From NCBI RefSeq assembly GCF_902713615.1, contig NW_024056013.1, forward strand, positions 1-64,000: a stretch of DNA of 64,000 nt. The letters are read 5' to 3'. This DNA comes from Scyliorhinus canicula (lineage: Eukaryota). Made by a program: the position numbers and the translations under genes. Shown here in pieces: positions 49,946-63,515 of the stretch (position 1 is the first letter of the stretch; each line of letters starts with the position of its first letter). The notes under the pieces were generated by a model. The model searched no databases. It had not been told where the DNA came from and saw only the letters and a list, made by a program, of their open reading frames with translations.

Positions 49946-50764
49946 ATGGAGAATCCGTGGAAATGTGGGGATTGTGGGAAGGGATATAGATTCCCATCTC
50001 AGCTGGAGGTTCATCGACACAGTCACACTGGGGAGAGGCCATTCACCTGCTCTGTATGTGGGAAAGGATTTACTCGATTATCCAATCTGCAGACACACCG
50101 GCGAGTTCACACTGGAGAGAGGCCGTTCATTTGCTCTCAGTGTGGGAAAGGATTTTGTAATTTGTCCCACCTATTGAGACACCAGCGAATTCACACGGGG
50201 GAGAGGCCCTTTACCTGCTCCCAATGTGGAAAAGGATTCCGGGATTCATCCCACCTATTGAGCCACCAGGAAGGTCACACTGAGGAGAGGTCATTCACCT
50301 GCTCTCAGTGTGGGAAAGGATTTACTCAATTATCTCACCTGCGGATCCACCAGCGAGTTCACACTGAGGAGAGGCCATTCACCTGCTCTCAGTGTGGGAA
50401 AGGATTCACTCAGTTATCCAACCTGCAGGCACATCAGCGAGTTCACACTGGGGAGAAGCCATTCACCTGCTCTCAGTGTGGGAAACGATTTACTCAAGTA
50501 TCCACCCTGCGGAGACACCAGCGAGTTCACACTGGGGAGAGGCCGTTCACCTGCTCTCGTTGTGGGAAAGGATTTACTCAGTTATCCCACCTGCGGAGAC
50601 ACCAGCGAGTTCACACTGGGGAGAGGCCGTTCACCTGCTCTCGTTGTGGGAAAGGATTTACTCAGTTATCCCACCTGCGGAGACACCAGCGAGTTCACAC
50701 TGGGGAGAAGCCGTCCACTTCTCAATGTGAGACGGGATTACCTGTTTCATCGGACCTGCTGTGA
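49946..50764 (+). CDS. C2H2 zinc-finger protein, 9 fingers plus degenerate terminal finger
   Basis: ATG 49946 [10 protein letters not shown]; acceptor-like tttttacag at about 49509. Confidence 0.9.
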   Translation: MENPWKCGDCGKGYRFPSQLEVHRHSHTGERPFTCSVCGKGFTRLSNLQTHRRVHTGERPFICSQCGKGFCNLSHLLRHQRIHTGERPFTCSQCGKGFRDSSHLLSHQEGHTEERSFTCSQCGKGFTQLSHLRIHQRVHTEERPFTCSQCGKGFTQLSNLQAHQRVHTGEKPFTCSQCGKRFTQVSTLRRHQRVHTGERPFTCSRCGKGFTQLSHLRRHQRVHTGERPFTCSRCGKGFTQLSHLRRHQRVHTGEKPSTSQCETGLPVSSDLL

Positions 50765-51249
50765 CACCAACAATTTCACAATCGATTACAGGGGTTGGAT
50801 TTGGCTGTTATTGTTTCTGCTCTACACCCAGGACTGCATTTTGTTCATTCTGACAGGTGGTCAGTGGGGATGGTCGGAAGGTTTCTTTCTGCTGGACTGG
50901 CCGGTCTCACCACTTTGCCTCCAATGGGCTGATTCTCTCTGAGCCTTGTTGCTAATACCTGGCTTCAAATTGCACAAGGATCACAGAGTGAAAGGGTGTT
51001 TGGATGTTTGAAGATATTTAGTTTCAATTTCTGTTTCGACCCCCCCCCCCCCCTCCACCCCCAAAAAGCATGCCGTGCTGCCATGCCTATGGCCCCCTGG
51101 TGGTTAGATGGTTCTTTTGTTCAATCTATCTGGGAGTCCCTCACAGAAGAAAATTATCAGGGTGTGAAGGGCAAGTTGTCTGAGGTGGACTGGGAAACGG
51201 ATTGGTACAGGGAATACCTCATGTTTAAGGAATTATTACATATTTATCA

Positions 51250-51478
51250 GGGGTCGGTTAGCTCAGTTGGCTGGATGACTGGTTTGTGATGCAGAGCGAG
51301 GCCAACAGTGAGGATTCAACTCCCGTATTGGCTGAGTTTATTCATGAAGGCCCGGCCTTCTCAACCAGGCCCCTCGCCTGAGGTGTGCTGACCCTCGAGT
51401 TAAATCACCTCCAGTCAGCTCTCTCTCTGTCAATGGCGAGAGCAGCCTATGGTCCTCTTGGATTTTTGCAACTTTTAT
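51250..51478 (+). mobile_element. tRNA-derived SINE of a further family
   Basis: ttagctcagttgg A-box and attcaactccc B-box-like; truncated relatives at 5220 and 19700. Confidence 0.55.
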
Positions 51479-53027
51479 TTCACATATATACAACAAATAT
51501 AGATTCCTTTAAGGAATAAAAATCCAACAGGAAAAGTAATGTAACCGTGGCGAACAAGAAAAGTTAAAAGATTCCATGAGATCCATTAGAAATCAGCAAA
51601 GGAGGATCAAGAAACTGATGAGAGCAAACTGGCGAGAAACATAAAAACCGACTGGAAAAGCTTACACAGGAATGTGAAAAGGTAAAGATTAGCAAAGACC
51701 AATGTGGGTCCATTCCAGGCAGAGACAGGAGAGTTTATAATGGGGAGTAAGGAAATGGCAGAGAAACTAAACAATGTCTGTCTGTCTTCACAGAGGAAGA
51801 TACAGAAATTGTCCCCAAAACACCAGAGAACCAAGGGACTGGCAGAGATTAGTATTGGTGAAAAAGTCGTACTGAATAAATGAATGGGGTTGAAAGTGAA
51901 TAAATCTCCAAAAGCTGATTATCTGCATCCCAGAGTGTTGAACGAGGTAGCTGGAGAGATCTCTATTCCTCATTCTAAATTCTCTTGACTATCTGTAACG
52001 GACAAAACCTTTGTCAGAGCCAAACGTTTCCTTTTTACGCAACCATAGAAACTTTTACAATCCATTTTTATGTATTTTGCTAGTTCACATTCTATTCTAT
52101 TCTCCCTTTTTTTCCTCGGTGTCTTGATTGAAGAACGGAAGTAAATCCTCGGGAATGAATCATCACTTTGGACAGGTTCTGAGACAACTAAGTTTTGCCT
52201 TCCAGAACACAGTAAACTGTAATTGTGGAGTGTGATTTTAGATTGTGCAAAAGGGCAAAGTTCCAGTTTATAGTTTAATGTGTAGGTTTCCGAGTTAAAA
52301 TAGCTTCTAGTTTGTTTGTTTGTTGTTTAAAAAGTCATAAAACTTGAAGTCTTGTCGTGTGATCCTTTAATTTGTTGACTGGGAATTTGATTTTTTTATT
52401 GGAAGTTGCTGACCTTTACGGAGATCCTAATCCACAAGTTTTGTCTTCCTATTTGAGCCTCGGCCCCCTTTCTGTCTCTATTGCTCGTGTCAATGACAGC
52501 CAGGTGATGGAGCTGAGGGCCCAATCTAGGTGAGAATAACGGGGTCTGCTCCCCAGTTGGGGAACTGCCATGGTCATTGCACTGATAGAGGCAGAAAGGT
52601 GCTGGAGGACTGACTGGGAACTGGACATCCATCCAATCGGGGTTCAGGAGGGGGGGGGGGGGGGGAGACCGGGGCTGACAATGATGTGACCCCCAGGATT
52701 CAGTGCCCCCGTGTCCAAAACGAGGGGTCATGGGAACAGGGTACAGAGGAGCTGAAGGGAAACCATTTGGGACCCAGAACATTGTGAACATCCTGTTACT
52801 CGGGTTGTCTTTCATCCTCAAGTAATTTTCTGTTAGTTTTTTTTAAACCATGTTCTGTTTCGTCAATAAACTTTTAACAGTAAAATATTTGAATTTGTTG
52901 GACTTTTCCTGATTAAATTTGTTCACGTTCGGGAAAGTGAGTGGGGTTGACAGGCTCTTTAACAGAATGTGAGTCTGTCTAAGGTAATTGGCAAAAAGAG
53001 GGGGGGGGGGGGGGGAAGGGGAGATTT

Positions 53028-53356
53028 CATAGAATTTACAGTGCAGAAGGAGGCCATTCAGCCCATCGAGTCTGCACCGGCTCTTGGAAAGAGCACCCTA
53101 CCCAAGATCAACAACTCCACCCAATCCCAGTAACCCCACCCAACATTAAGGGCAATTTTGGACACTAACGGCAATTTATCATGGCCAATCCACCTAACCT
53201 GCACATCTTTGGACTGTGGGAGGAAACCGGAGGAAACCCACGCACACACGGGAAGGATGTGCAGACTCCGCACAGACAGTGGCCCAAGTCGGAATCGAAC
53301 CTGGGACCCTGGAGCTGTGAAGCGATTGTGCTATCCACAATGCTACCGTGGTGCCC
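53028..53356 (-). mobile_element. V-domain SINE
   Basis: Reverse complement of the 7482-type element. Confidence 0.9.
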
Positions 53357-53384
53357 TATTGACACAGTGTTTGAAAATGGGTTC

Positions 53385-54610
53385 AGGGAATCAATCGTGA
53401 TTGACTAATTTATGAAGGTTCTCTGAGGAAGTAACAAGGGATGTCAATAAAGGGGAACCTGTAGATGTGCTTTATCTGGATTTCCAGAAGGGATTTCCCC
53501 AAGCTATCACAGCAAAGGTTATTACACAAAATAAGAGCTCATGGTTTGGGGGCAACATATCAGTATGGATAGAGGATTGGTTAGCGAACAGGAAGCAGCC
53601 AGTCGGTATAAATGGGTCATTTCTGGGTGGGTAAGATGTGACAAGTGGAATATCACCAGGATCAGTGTTGGGCTCCCAACCATTTACAATCTGTATGAAT
53701 GTGTTGGATGATGGGATTGAATGTCTGCGGCTAAATTTTCTGATGCCTCAAAGATGGGTAGGAAAGTAATTTGTGAAGTGGATTTCAACACTCTGCAAAG
53801 GATTACAAATAGGCTGAGTGGCAAAAACCTGACAGATGGAGCATAACTTTCGAAATTGTGAATTGTCCACTTTGTAAGGAAGTATTAAATAAAACAATAT
53901 TATTTAAATAGGGAGAGATTACAAAACTCTGAGGTACAGAGGGATCAGAATGCCCTGGAATCGCAAGTTAGTCTGCAGGTATACCAAGTAATCAGGAAGG
54001 TCAATGGAATATTGTTGTTTATTCCAAACAAAATGGAATATAAAAGTAGGGATGTTTTGCTGCAGTTGTCCAGGGCCTTAGTGATACCATATTTGGAGCA
54101 CTGTGTACAGTTTGCGTCTCCTTATTTCAGTCATGAGATAAGTGCTTCAGAAGCAGTAGAGAAAAGGTTGACCCTGGATTCCTGGAATGAGGGGGTTATC
54201 CTCTGAGGAAAGGTTTGACAGGTTGGGCCTGTATCCATTGCAGTTTAGAATAATGAGAGATGATCTTATTTAAACATGCGACGCTGAATGGAATTGACAG
54301 AGAGAATGCTGAGAGGATGTTTCCTCTTGTGGCAGAGACTAGAACTAGGGGACACCATTTACAAATAAGGGGTCTCTCATTTAAGATGCTGATAATTTTT
54401 TCCCCTGATGGCTGTGGGTATATGAATCTTCCTTCCCCAGAGAGGGCTGGAGGCAGGCCCATTGAATCTGCTTGAAGGCTGAATTTGATCGATTCTTGAT
54501 TGACATCGGAGTGAAAGGATGGAGGAAGGAAAGGAGTCGAGACCACAATCAGACTAGCCCTGATTTCATTGAATGGAGGAGTAGGATCCAGGGGCCGAAT
54601 CCTCCTAATT
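53385..54610 (+). mobile_element. Old CR1 LINE fragment
   Basis: EYKSRDVLLQLSRALVIPYLEHCVQF; AERMFPLVAETRTRGH. Confidence 0.82.
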
Positions 54611-56499
54611 TATATTGACCTTCATCACCCACACTTTCCCAAACTCTGAAATGATTCACAGTGATAGCCCTTATTGGTGGCAGTGGGTAGATTTTATTCA
54701 GTATAAATAAGAGCTGACAGTCTAATGTCTGAGCAGTAGTATCTAAGTGCAGCAGCATTACCATTACACTCTGGGTAGAAGCACCATCTCCATTGATTGT
54801 TTTAAAGTCAGTTTCTCTCTGGAGTGTGTGCCAATGCCTTGATGCGGTAACAATGTTGTCTCAATCCCTTGGTCACATTAACCATTTCAGCTGCCGTGAA
54901 ATGAAATGAATTAAATTCATTTCACCATGAATTTAAACTTGCTGTTTTTCACAAGTAACAAATCACATTTACACACACCAGTATCCCAAAATCATGTCAC
55001 ACATTCTTAACTCTCAGATGTGCTGATGAAAGACCAAAGTGAGTCTATCTTCCTTATCTCCCCATGTTACGGTGCTGATATTTTATGTAGCGCCTGGACT
55101 TCTTTACAACAAAGTTCATGGACAAGGATGTAAACATTTCCAAGAGAAAGTGATAAACTCATTCATCCCATCTACACATTCCAAACTATCTGGAATTTAG
55201 GGGGATACCAGATTGACATATTCCAGACACACCCGAGGGAAAGTATTCCAATTCATTTATTGTCTAGGACAATATATTCACAATATCTTTAAAACAGAAA
55301 TTAAACGTTCCCATTTGATTTTAGACATTAACATATTCGGTTTGTTCTTTATGGTCGATGTCAGGCTGGGGTTGTTCACCTTTTCGCAAAGGAGGTTGAG
55401 GGGATATTTGATAGAGGTGGACAAGATTATGACAGGTTTCGATAAGGTGGATAAAGAAAAGTTGTTCCCATTAGCTGAAGGGACAAGGACAAGGGGGAGA
55501 CAGATTTTAGGTTTTGGGTAAAAGATGCAGAGGGAATGTGAGGGAGAATATTTTGATGCAGGGAATGGTAATGACCTGGAACTTGCTGCCTGTGAGGGGG
55601 TGGGAATGAAGACAATGGAAGATTTCAAATGGAAACTGAATGGGCATCTCGGGATCTAAACTTACACGGCTATAGGGATACAGAGACTGACTAGTTTGCT
55701 CCAGGGAGCCAACAGGGAATCAATAGGCTGAATGGCCTCCTCTGATATCACAACAGATCTCAAAACAACAATTGCAGCTGCTCCAGTCTCCCCCGCTCAC
55801 TGAAGTCCCTCATCTCTGGTACCATTCTCGTAAATCTCTGCACTCTCTCCGAGAACTTCACATCTTTCCTAAAGTGTGGGGCCCATATATAGGGTTCCAT
55901 TCCAGAGGGAGAATTGAAAAGCAGGAAGTTATGTTCAACTTGTTTCGATCCAGGGCTGGACGACACAGAGCACCGTCAACATTGGTGATCTCCATTTAGG
56001 AAAAGGAAATAGAGACTCTGGAAAAGGAACAACAAAGATTCCAAGAATATACGAGAACAGCGCATTTAATCCTTAGGAAAGACTGGGACGGCTTTTCTCT
56101 AGAAAAGAGAAAACTGAAAAGTGACCAAATGGAAGATTATGAGGAGGTTCAATAATTCAATAGGAATTTCAGCAGAAACCTCTTTACCCAGCGAGTGGTG
56201 ACAATGTGGAACTCGTTACCACAGCGAGTGGTTGAGGTGAACAGCATGAATACATTGAAGGGGAATCTGGATACAGACATGAGGGAGAAAGGAATAGAAG
56301 GCGATGCTGATGGGGGGGGGGGGGGATGAAGAGGGGTGGGTGGGGGATCATGTGGAGCATAAATATTGACACAGACCAATGGAGCCAACTGGCTGCAAAC
56401 TCAATGGATCACAGATAAATGTATTGATTTTAGATCCACCTGTACTGGTAGGAAACATCTCTATTCCTCCCACTGTGAAGGCCAACATACCATTCTATT

Positions 56500-57372
56500 A
56501 ACATAGAAAATAGAAGCAGCAGGAAGCCCTATACAATTGCAGTAAAACAGGCCCTTTGAGCCTGCTCCACCATTCATTCTGATCATCAAGTTCAATACCC
56601 GAGACCCGCTTTCCTCCCATATCCCTTGATCCATTCAGCCCCAAGAGCAATATCTCATTCCTTCTTGAAATTACACAAAGTTTTGGCCTCAACTATTTCT
56701 GTGGTAGCGAATTCCAGATTCCCCACTCTCTGGATGAAGAATTTTCTCTTCACCTCAGTCTGAAAATGTTTACCCCTTATCCTCAAACTATGACCCCTAG
56801 TTCTGGACTCCCCACCATTGGATAACATTCTTTCTGAATCTACCCTTTCTAATCCTATTAGAATTTTGGAAGTTTCAATGAGATCCCCTCTCACTATTCT
56901 AAACTCCAATAAATATAATCCTAACCGACATAGTCTCTCCTCATATGACAGTCCCACCATCCCAGGAATCAGCCTGGTAAACCTTCACTGCACTCCCTCC
57001 ATAGGAAGAACCTCCTTCCTCAGATAAGGACACCAAACTGAACAAAATACTCCTGGTGTGTCCTCACCAATGCCCTATAAAACTGCAATAAAACATCTCT
57101 ATTCCTCCCGTTATGAAGGCCATCATACCATTTGCCTTCTTTCCTGCCTGCTGTACCTGTGTGCTTACTTTCAGTGACTGATGCACGAGGACACCAAGGG
57201 CTCACTGAGTATCCACCACTCTCAAATTACACCCATTCAAATAATAATCGGCCTGTCTAATTTTGCTACTGAAGCGGACATCCACATTATACTGCATCTG
57301 CCATGCATGTGCCACTCACAGCCTGTCCAAATCCTGCTGAAGCATCTCTGCATCCTCCTCACAGCTCACCCT
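56500..57372 (-). mobile_element. CR1/HER1 LINE 3' fragment
   Basis: GLSYEERLCRLGLYLLEFRIVRGDLIET. Confidence 0.88.
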
Positions 57373-57825
57373 CAGAAGCCATTCAGCCCATCGAGTCTGC
57401 ATCGACCCTCTGAAAGAGCACTCCACCCAAGTCGACTCACCCACCCTATCCCAATGACCAAACCTACACATAGGCACAAATGGGCAATTTAGAATGGCCA
57501 ATCACCTAACCTGCACATCTGGACTGTGGGAAGAATCAGGATCACCGGGAGAAAACCCACGCTGACACGGGGAGAAAGTGCAAACTCCACACAGGCAGTC
57601 ACCCAAGGCCAGAACTGAACCCTGTACAGGATGAAATAAGTGTCCTTCATCAGCTTTTGTGGATCATTTCAGTGGGAATGTGCTCTTAAGACTCACCATC
57701 AGCCCACTGGAAGCTACGTTGGGAGTTCGGCCAGTCCAGCAGAAAGAAACTCTCCCACTTCACCAAATGTCAGAATGTCAATCCTGGATGTGATTAACAG
57801 CAGCGATAACAGCAGAATCCAGCCC

Positions 57826-58758
57826 CTATAATCGCTTGTGAACTCGCTGATGTGTCTGCAGGTTGGCTGACTGTGTGAATCCCTTCCTACAAACAGAACA
57901 GATGAATGGTCTCTCCCCGGTGTGAACTCTCTGATGTGTCAGCAGGCTAGATGACTGAGTGAATCCCTTCCCACGTTGAGAGCAGAGGAATGGCCTCTCC
58001 CCAGTGTGAACGCGCTGGTGTTTCAACAGGGTGGATGAATCTCTGAATCCCTTTCCACATGCAGGGCAGGTGAATGGTCTCTCCCCGGTGTGAATTCGCT
58101 GGTGAGAGAGCAGGGTGGAGGACTGAGTGAATCCCTTCCCACAGTCAGAACAAGTGAACGGCCTTTCCCCATTGTGAACTCGCTGGTGTATCAGCAGCTT
58201 GGATAACTGAATGAATCCCTTCCCACATGCAGAGCAGGTGAACGGCCTCTCTCCAGTGTGAACCGCCTCGTGTGTCAGTAAGTGGGTTAACTGAGTGAAT
58301 CCCTTCTCACACTGAGAGCAGGTGAATGGCCTCTCCCCCGTGTGAACCCGCTGGTGTTTCTGTAGATTGGATGAATTAGTAAATCCTTTGTCACACTGGG
58401 AGCAGGTGAAAGGCTTCTCCCCAGTGTGAACTCTCTGGTGTGACTGCAAATGGGATAACAGAGTGAACGCCTTCCCACATTCAGAGCAGGTGAATGGCCT
58501 CTCACCAGTGTGAACCCGCTGGTGTGACTGAAGGTTGGACGATCGACTGAACCCCTTCCCACAATCACAGCAGGTGTATGGCCTCACCCCGGTGTGAACT
58601 CGTTGGTGCATCAACAGGTTGGATGAATCACTGAACCCCTTCCCACAGTCAGAGCAGGTGAACGGCCTCTCTCCAGTGTGACCGCGTCGATGGATTTCCA
58701 CCTCAGATGGAGCTTTGAATCCCTTCCCACAGTCCCCACATTTCCACGGTTTCTCCAT
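57826..58758 (-). CDS. C2H2 zinc-finger protein, 11 fingers (10th has C>R)
   Basis: ATG at 58758 [10 protein letters not shown]; intact ORF; family leader 58759-59120. Confidence 0.9.
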   Translation of the reverse strand: MEKPWKCGDCGKGFKAPSEVEIHRRGHTGERPFTCSDCGKGFSDSSNLLMHQRVHTGVRPYTCCDCGKGFSRSSNLQSHQRVHTGERPFTCSECGKAFTLLSHLQSHQRVHTGEKPFTCSQCDKGFTNSSNLQKHQRVHTGERPFTCSQCEKGFTQLTHLLTHEAVHTGERPFTCSACGKGFIQLSKLLIHQRVHNGERPFTCSDCGKGFTQSSTLLSHQRIHTGERPFTCPACGKGFRDSSTLLKHQRVHTGERPFLCSQRGKGFTQSSSLLTHQRVHTGERPFICSVCRKGFTQSANLQTHQRVHKRL

Positions 58759-59261
58759 AGTTAAAGTCAACTTGTAACTCTCCAGGTTCGATGATCAGTT
58801 GAAGCCTCGTCCACACACAAAACACGGGTACGGTCTTTACCCGCTGTAAATGGTATGATGTTTCTTCAGGCTGTGTAACTGGTTAAAACTCTTTCCACAG
58901 TCAGGAACAATCTCACTCGGGTGTGTGTTGTGGGTCTTGCTGCTTTTCCAGTCACACTGATGTTTGAAACCTTTAGAAGCTGACAGTTCGGACAAACATT
59001 TCTTCTAGATTCAAAGGCCGATGATATTCAGGTTCCAGGGAACTGAGTGACTGTCAGATCGAGACGTGACATTTGAGACTTCTGTCTGTAATTCTTCCTC
59101 ATCTAATATCCTGTAAAAACAATTTAGAAAATTCCTCGCTGTCAGTACAGAATAGAAACTCAGAACAGATCATTCTAGTTTGTATGGAACAATTTTTCCT
59201 CTCTCTTATTTTCCGAAAGCTGCAAATCTCCATCCCACACACTCCCTCCATTCTCACTCTG

Positions 59262-60008
59262 CTGGATCCCTGTGGTGTGCCACTGGTCACTGGCTTCCAG
59301 TCACTAAAGCAGCCGTCTGTCATCACCCTCTGTCTCCCACAGCTAAGCCAATTCTGAATCCACCCCATCATGTTACCTCTATCCCATGTGCTTTTGCCTT
59401 CTTTATAATGTCTCTCGTTTGGGATCTTGTCAAAGGCTTTGCTGAAATCCAGCAAACTGCATCAACTGCACTACCCTCATCTACACAGCCAGTCACATAA
59501 AAAATCAATTCAAAATTTGTTAGGCATAACCTCCGTCTAACAAGCCACGCTGACTATTCCTGATCACATCTTGCCCTCCAAGTGAAGATAAGTCTCTGTC
59601 CTTCTGAATTTTCTCCAATGTTTTCCCTACCACTGACGTGAGACTAACTAGTCTGTAGTTTCCTGGCTTATCTCGACAACCTTTCTTAAGGTAAGACCAC
59701 ATTAGCTGATCTCCAGTCCTCTGGCACCTCTCCGTGGCCAGAAAGGATCAAAAAATTTGGGGCAGAGCTCCTGCAGTCTCTTCCCTCATCTCTCAGAGCA
59801 TCCAGGGACACAGTTCATCCACACTTGGAGATTTGTCCACTTTTAAGCCTGCCAACACCATGTCACTCCCCACGTCAATTTGCTCAGAAACCTCAGTCTC
59901 CTTGTCCGAGTTCCATATCTATCTCCTCATTCTCTTGTGTGAAGACAGATGTGAAGTTTTCCTTCAACAGCTGACCAATATCCTCTGGTTGCCCCTTTGT
60001 CCCTAATG
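59262..60008 (-). mobile_element. CR1 LINE RT fragment
   Basis: KKGCRDKPGNYRLVSLTSVVGK; LDFSKAFDKIP; VTSGTPQGS. Confidence 0.85.
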
Positions 60009-60025
60009 GGAACACACTGTTCTTG

Positions 60026-60064
60026 ATCTGATGAAAGATCATGCTGACCTGAAACATTAACTCT
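60026..60064 (+). ncRNA. Decayed hammerhead motif of a second PLE family
   Basis: CUGAUGA-aagauca-ugc-ugaccu-GAAAC-auuaacuc; one stem II mismatch, stem III palindrome broken. Confidence 0.5.
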
Positions 60065-61467
60065 GTTTTCCTCCACAGACCAGCCTCCCGTACCAGCCTC
60101 CCCGGACAGGTGCCGGAATGTGGTGACTAGGGGCTTTTCACAGTAACTTCATTTGAAGCCTACTCGTGACAATAAGCGATTTTCATTTCATTTTCAGATG
60201 CTGCCCGTTATGCTGAAGATTTCCAGCATTTAAAAAAAAATGTCTAACCAGGATTTTATATATCTCAGTGCTTCTCCAGTCACACAGATTCTGGAAATCT
60301 TTACCGACAAACAGAACAGACCAGAAGCAATAGGGACAGGAGTCAGCCATTCAGCCTTTGAACTGCTCCACCATTTAATGAGATCACAGCTGATCTCACA
60401 CTCACTAAGTCCACTTTCCTACCTTCTCTCTATTCCCCAACCGATTAAAAACGTATCAATCTCAGCCTTGCAACTGATGAAGGACTCGGCCTCCACGTTA
60501 CCTGGGGTAAATAATTCCAAGATTCACCAGTTTGAGAGAATTCTTTCCTCATTTGGCAGACCCTCATCGTTCCTTGAAGAAGGTGATCAAGACTGTAGTG
60601 TTCTAAATGTGGCCTCACTGGCTGCTTGTACAGTTGCAGCAACACCACTTTGCTATTAGACTCCACCCTCCTTGAAATAAACAGAATAATAATAATCTTT
60701 ATTAGTGGCACAAGTAGGCTTAACACTGCAATGAAGTTACTGTGAAAATCCCCTAGTCACCACACTCCGGCATCTGTTCGGTTACACCGAGGGAGAATTC
60801 AGGATGTTCAATTCACCTAACAAGCACGTCTTTCAGGACTTGTGGGAGAAAACCGGAGCACTTTAAAGAAACACACGCAGACACAGGGAGAGCGTGCAGA
60901 CTCTGCACAGACAGTGACCCAAGCTGGGAATCGAACCCAGGTCCCTGGCGCCGTGAAGCAACAGTGCTAACCATTGTGTTACTGTGCCACCCGATAACTC
61001 GGGTGATTATTTGATTATTCTGCCCGCTGTCCCAAGGTAGCAGCAGGTGTTGACAGAGTCAGTGGATGGAAGGGGGTTGGGAAATGGGTGAGAAGAATGG
61101 ATGGGAGGACACCAAGATCCCGCTGTACAAAAGCATTTTGAAGTTTCTCTTCATTTAGATAATAAGTTGCCTTTTTATTCAATTTTGGCCCACCCACCCA
61201 ACCCATGCAAATCCATTAGTTTATTTCATATTTCCCCACTGCAACTTGTTTTCCCACCCATTTCAGTGTTATCTACAAATTTGGACATTGTATATTCTGT
61301 CTGTCCCATAATCATTAATAGAGGTTGTAAATAGATGACGCCCGAGGGCCAAACCCTGAGGCACATCACTGGTTACAGCTTGCCAACCAGAAAAAGACAG
61401 ATTAATCCTCACTCTACTGTCGGTTGGTTAGCCAATCCTTTATCCAAGCGATAGAATTTGGGAGAAT

Positions 61468-61526
61468 TTGGTTCAAGCGCCTGACTAGTTAACAGGAGAT
61501 TCTGGGTTCGAAATCCAGTGGTGCCT
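61468..61526 (+). pseudogene. 5'-truncated tRNA-Thr(AGT) pseudogene
   Basis: ttggttcaagcgcctgactAGTtaacaggagattctgggttcgaaatccagtggtgcct matches vertebrate tRNA-Thr-AGT from the D-loop to the 3' end; no CCA, T-rich flank. Confidence 0.8.
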
Positions 61527-61726
61527 ACTCTTTATTTTAAGGATGGCACAATAGCACAGTGGTTAGCACTGTTGCTTCTCAGTGCCATTCCCTTTTTTTT
61601 TGTTTTAAATCAATTTAACAGTGTTACAAGGGGAAGATTTGCAGTCAGGAAACTCAAACCAAACATTACATCAGAATCTGAGGATCGCCCAATTTGTTGC
61701 AACCTGAATATCAGTGAATTTTGAAC

Positions 61727-62503
61727 ATGGAAGGAAAAAGCACCGTTCATAGTGAGGAGAAACCATGGGAATGTGAGGAGGGATTCAGATCCACATCGCA
61801 ACTGGAAATTCATCATCCCAGACACTCTGGGGAGAGACCATTCACTTGCTCCGATTGTGGGAAGGGATTCTCTCGATCATCCAGCCTGCTGCAACACCAG
61901 CGAGTGCACACCGGGGAGAAACCATTCAACTGCTCCGTGTGTGGGAAGGGATTCGCTCAGTCGTCCAGCCTGCTGAGACACCAGCGAGTTCACACTGGGA
62001 AGAGACCATTCATCTGCTCAGAGTGTGGGAAAGGATTCATTCGGTCATCTGACTTAATGACGCACCAGCGGGTTCACACGGACGAGAGACCATTTAAATG
62101 TCCAGACTGCGGGAAGTGCTATAAAGGTTCTCGGGCTCTGATACTCCATCAACGTGTTCACACTGATGAGAGACCTTTTCAATGTCCAGACTGTGGGAAA
62201 TGCTTTAAAAGTTCCGGGGAACTTATGCGGCATCAACGTATTCACACTGACGAGAAACCGTTCAGGTGCTCTTACTGTGGGACTGGGTTCAAGACATCAT
62301 CTGACCTCACTGTACACCAGCGAACTCACACTGGGGAGAGACCGTTCACCTGCTCCCAGTGTGGGAAGACATTCACTCAGTCATCCAGCCTGCTGACACA
62401 CAAGCGGGTTCACACTGCGGAGAGGCCTTACATCTGCCCCAAGTGTGGGATGGGATTCACACAGTCATCCAACCTGATGAGACACCAGCGAATTCACAAG
62501 TAA
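61727..62503 (+). CDS. C2H2 zinc-finger protein, 8 intact fingers, MEGKS-type start
   Basis: aacATGg at 61727; intact ORF; first finger has lost CxxC. Confidence 0.88.
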   Translation: MEGKSTVHSEEKPWECEEGFRSTSQLEIHHPRHSGERPFTCSDCGKGFSRSSSLLQHQRVHTGEKPFNCSVCGKGFAQSSSLLRHQRVHTGKRPFICSECGKGFIRSSDLMTHQRVHTDERPFKCPDCGKCYKGSRALILHQRVHTDERPFQCPDCGKCFKSSGELMRHQRIHTDEKPFRCSYCGTGFKTSSDLTVHQRTHTGERPFTCSQCGKTFTQSSSLLTHKRVHTAERPYICPKCGMGFTQSSNLMRHQRIHK

Positions 62504-63515
62504 TTACAGTGAGTGGATTTTGCTGTTAATCACATCCAGGTCTGATCCATCTTCATTGGGGTCTGTTTCTGCTGATGTTAATACATTTCAAACCAGTTAC
62601 ACAGGCTAATAGTCAAGATAACATTTAAATAAATCAGCTTAGGGTTAACATGCTATATTTAATCTTTTTTTAAAATTTAGAATGCCCGATTCATTTTTTT
62701 CCAATAAAGGGGCAGTTTAGCGTGGCCAATCTACCTAACCGGCACATCTTTTTTGTTGTGGGGGCGAAACCCACGCAAACACGGGGAGAATGTGCAAACT
62801 CCACACGGACAGTGACCCAGAACTGGGATACCTGGGACCTCGGCGCATGAGGCAGCAGTGCAATCCACTGCACCACCGTGCTGCCCCTATTTAATCTTTT
62901 TAACACCTCAAACATACGTTAGTTCCCTTTGAAGGATCCTCCTTCTCCCCTGTCTTCTCCATTCTCATCTCCAAAAACAACTGCGAGGAGCTCGTGGAGA
63001 TTCTTTGTCATGAAGATTGAGACAATCCGATCAGATACCCCTGCTGTTTTTCTCCCTTCCTCTAACCCACCATCAAAACTGTCTCAAAAAAAATGTCCCT
63101 TGTCTGAGTCATGAACTCACATCTATCTCCAGTTTCTGTCCAGTCTCCTGTCATGTCTGTCAACTCCCAATAACACCACCTAACCTGCACATCTTTGGAC
63201 TGTGAGAGGAAATCAGAGCACCTGGAGGAAACTCACAGATTTGAGGAGTATGCACAAACTACACACACTGTGATATTTGCACGTTCTCCCTGTGTCAGCG
63301 TGGGTTTCCTCCAGATGCTCTGGTTTCCTCCCACAGTCCAAAGATGCGCAGGTTAGGTGGATTGGCCATGCTAAGTTGCCCCTTAGTGTCCAATATTCGG
63401 GTGGGGTTATGGGGATAGATCGGGGGAGTGGGCCTAGGTGGGATGATCATTTAGAGGGTCAGTGCAGAATCAATGGGCTGAATGGCCTCCATCTGCACTT
63501 TGGGGATTCTATTAA

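Noticed and set aside
52130-52930. Possible LTR remnant
   Set aside because: No termini, TSD or coding evidence could be established
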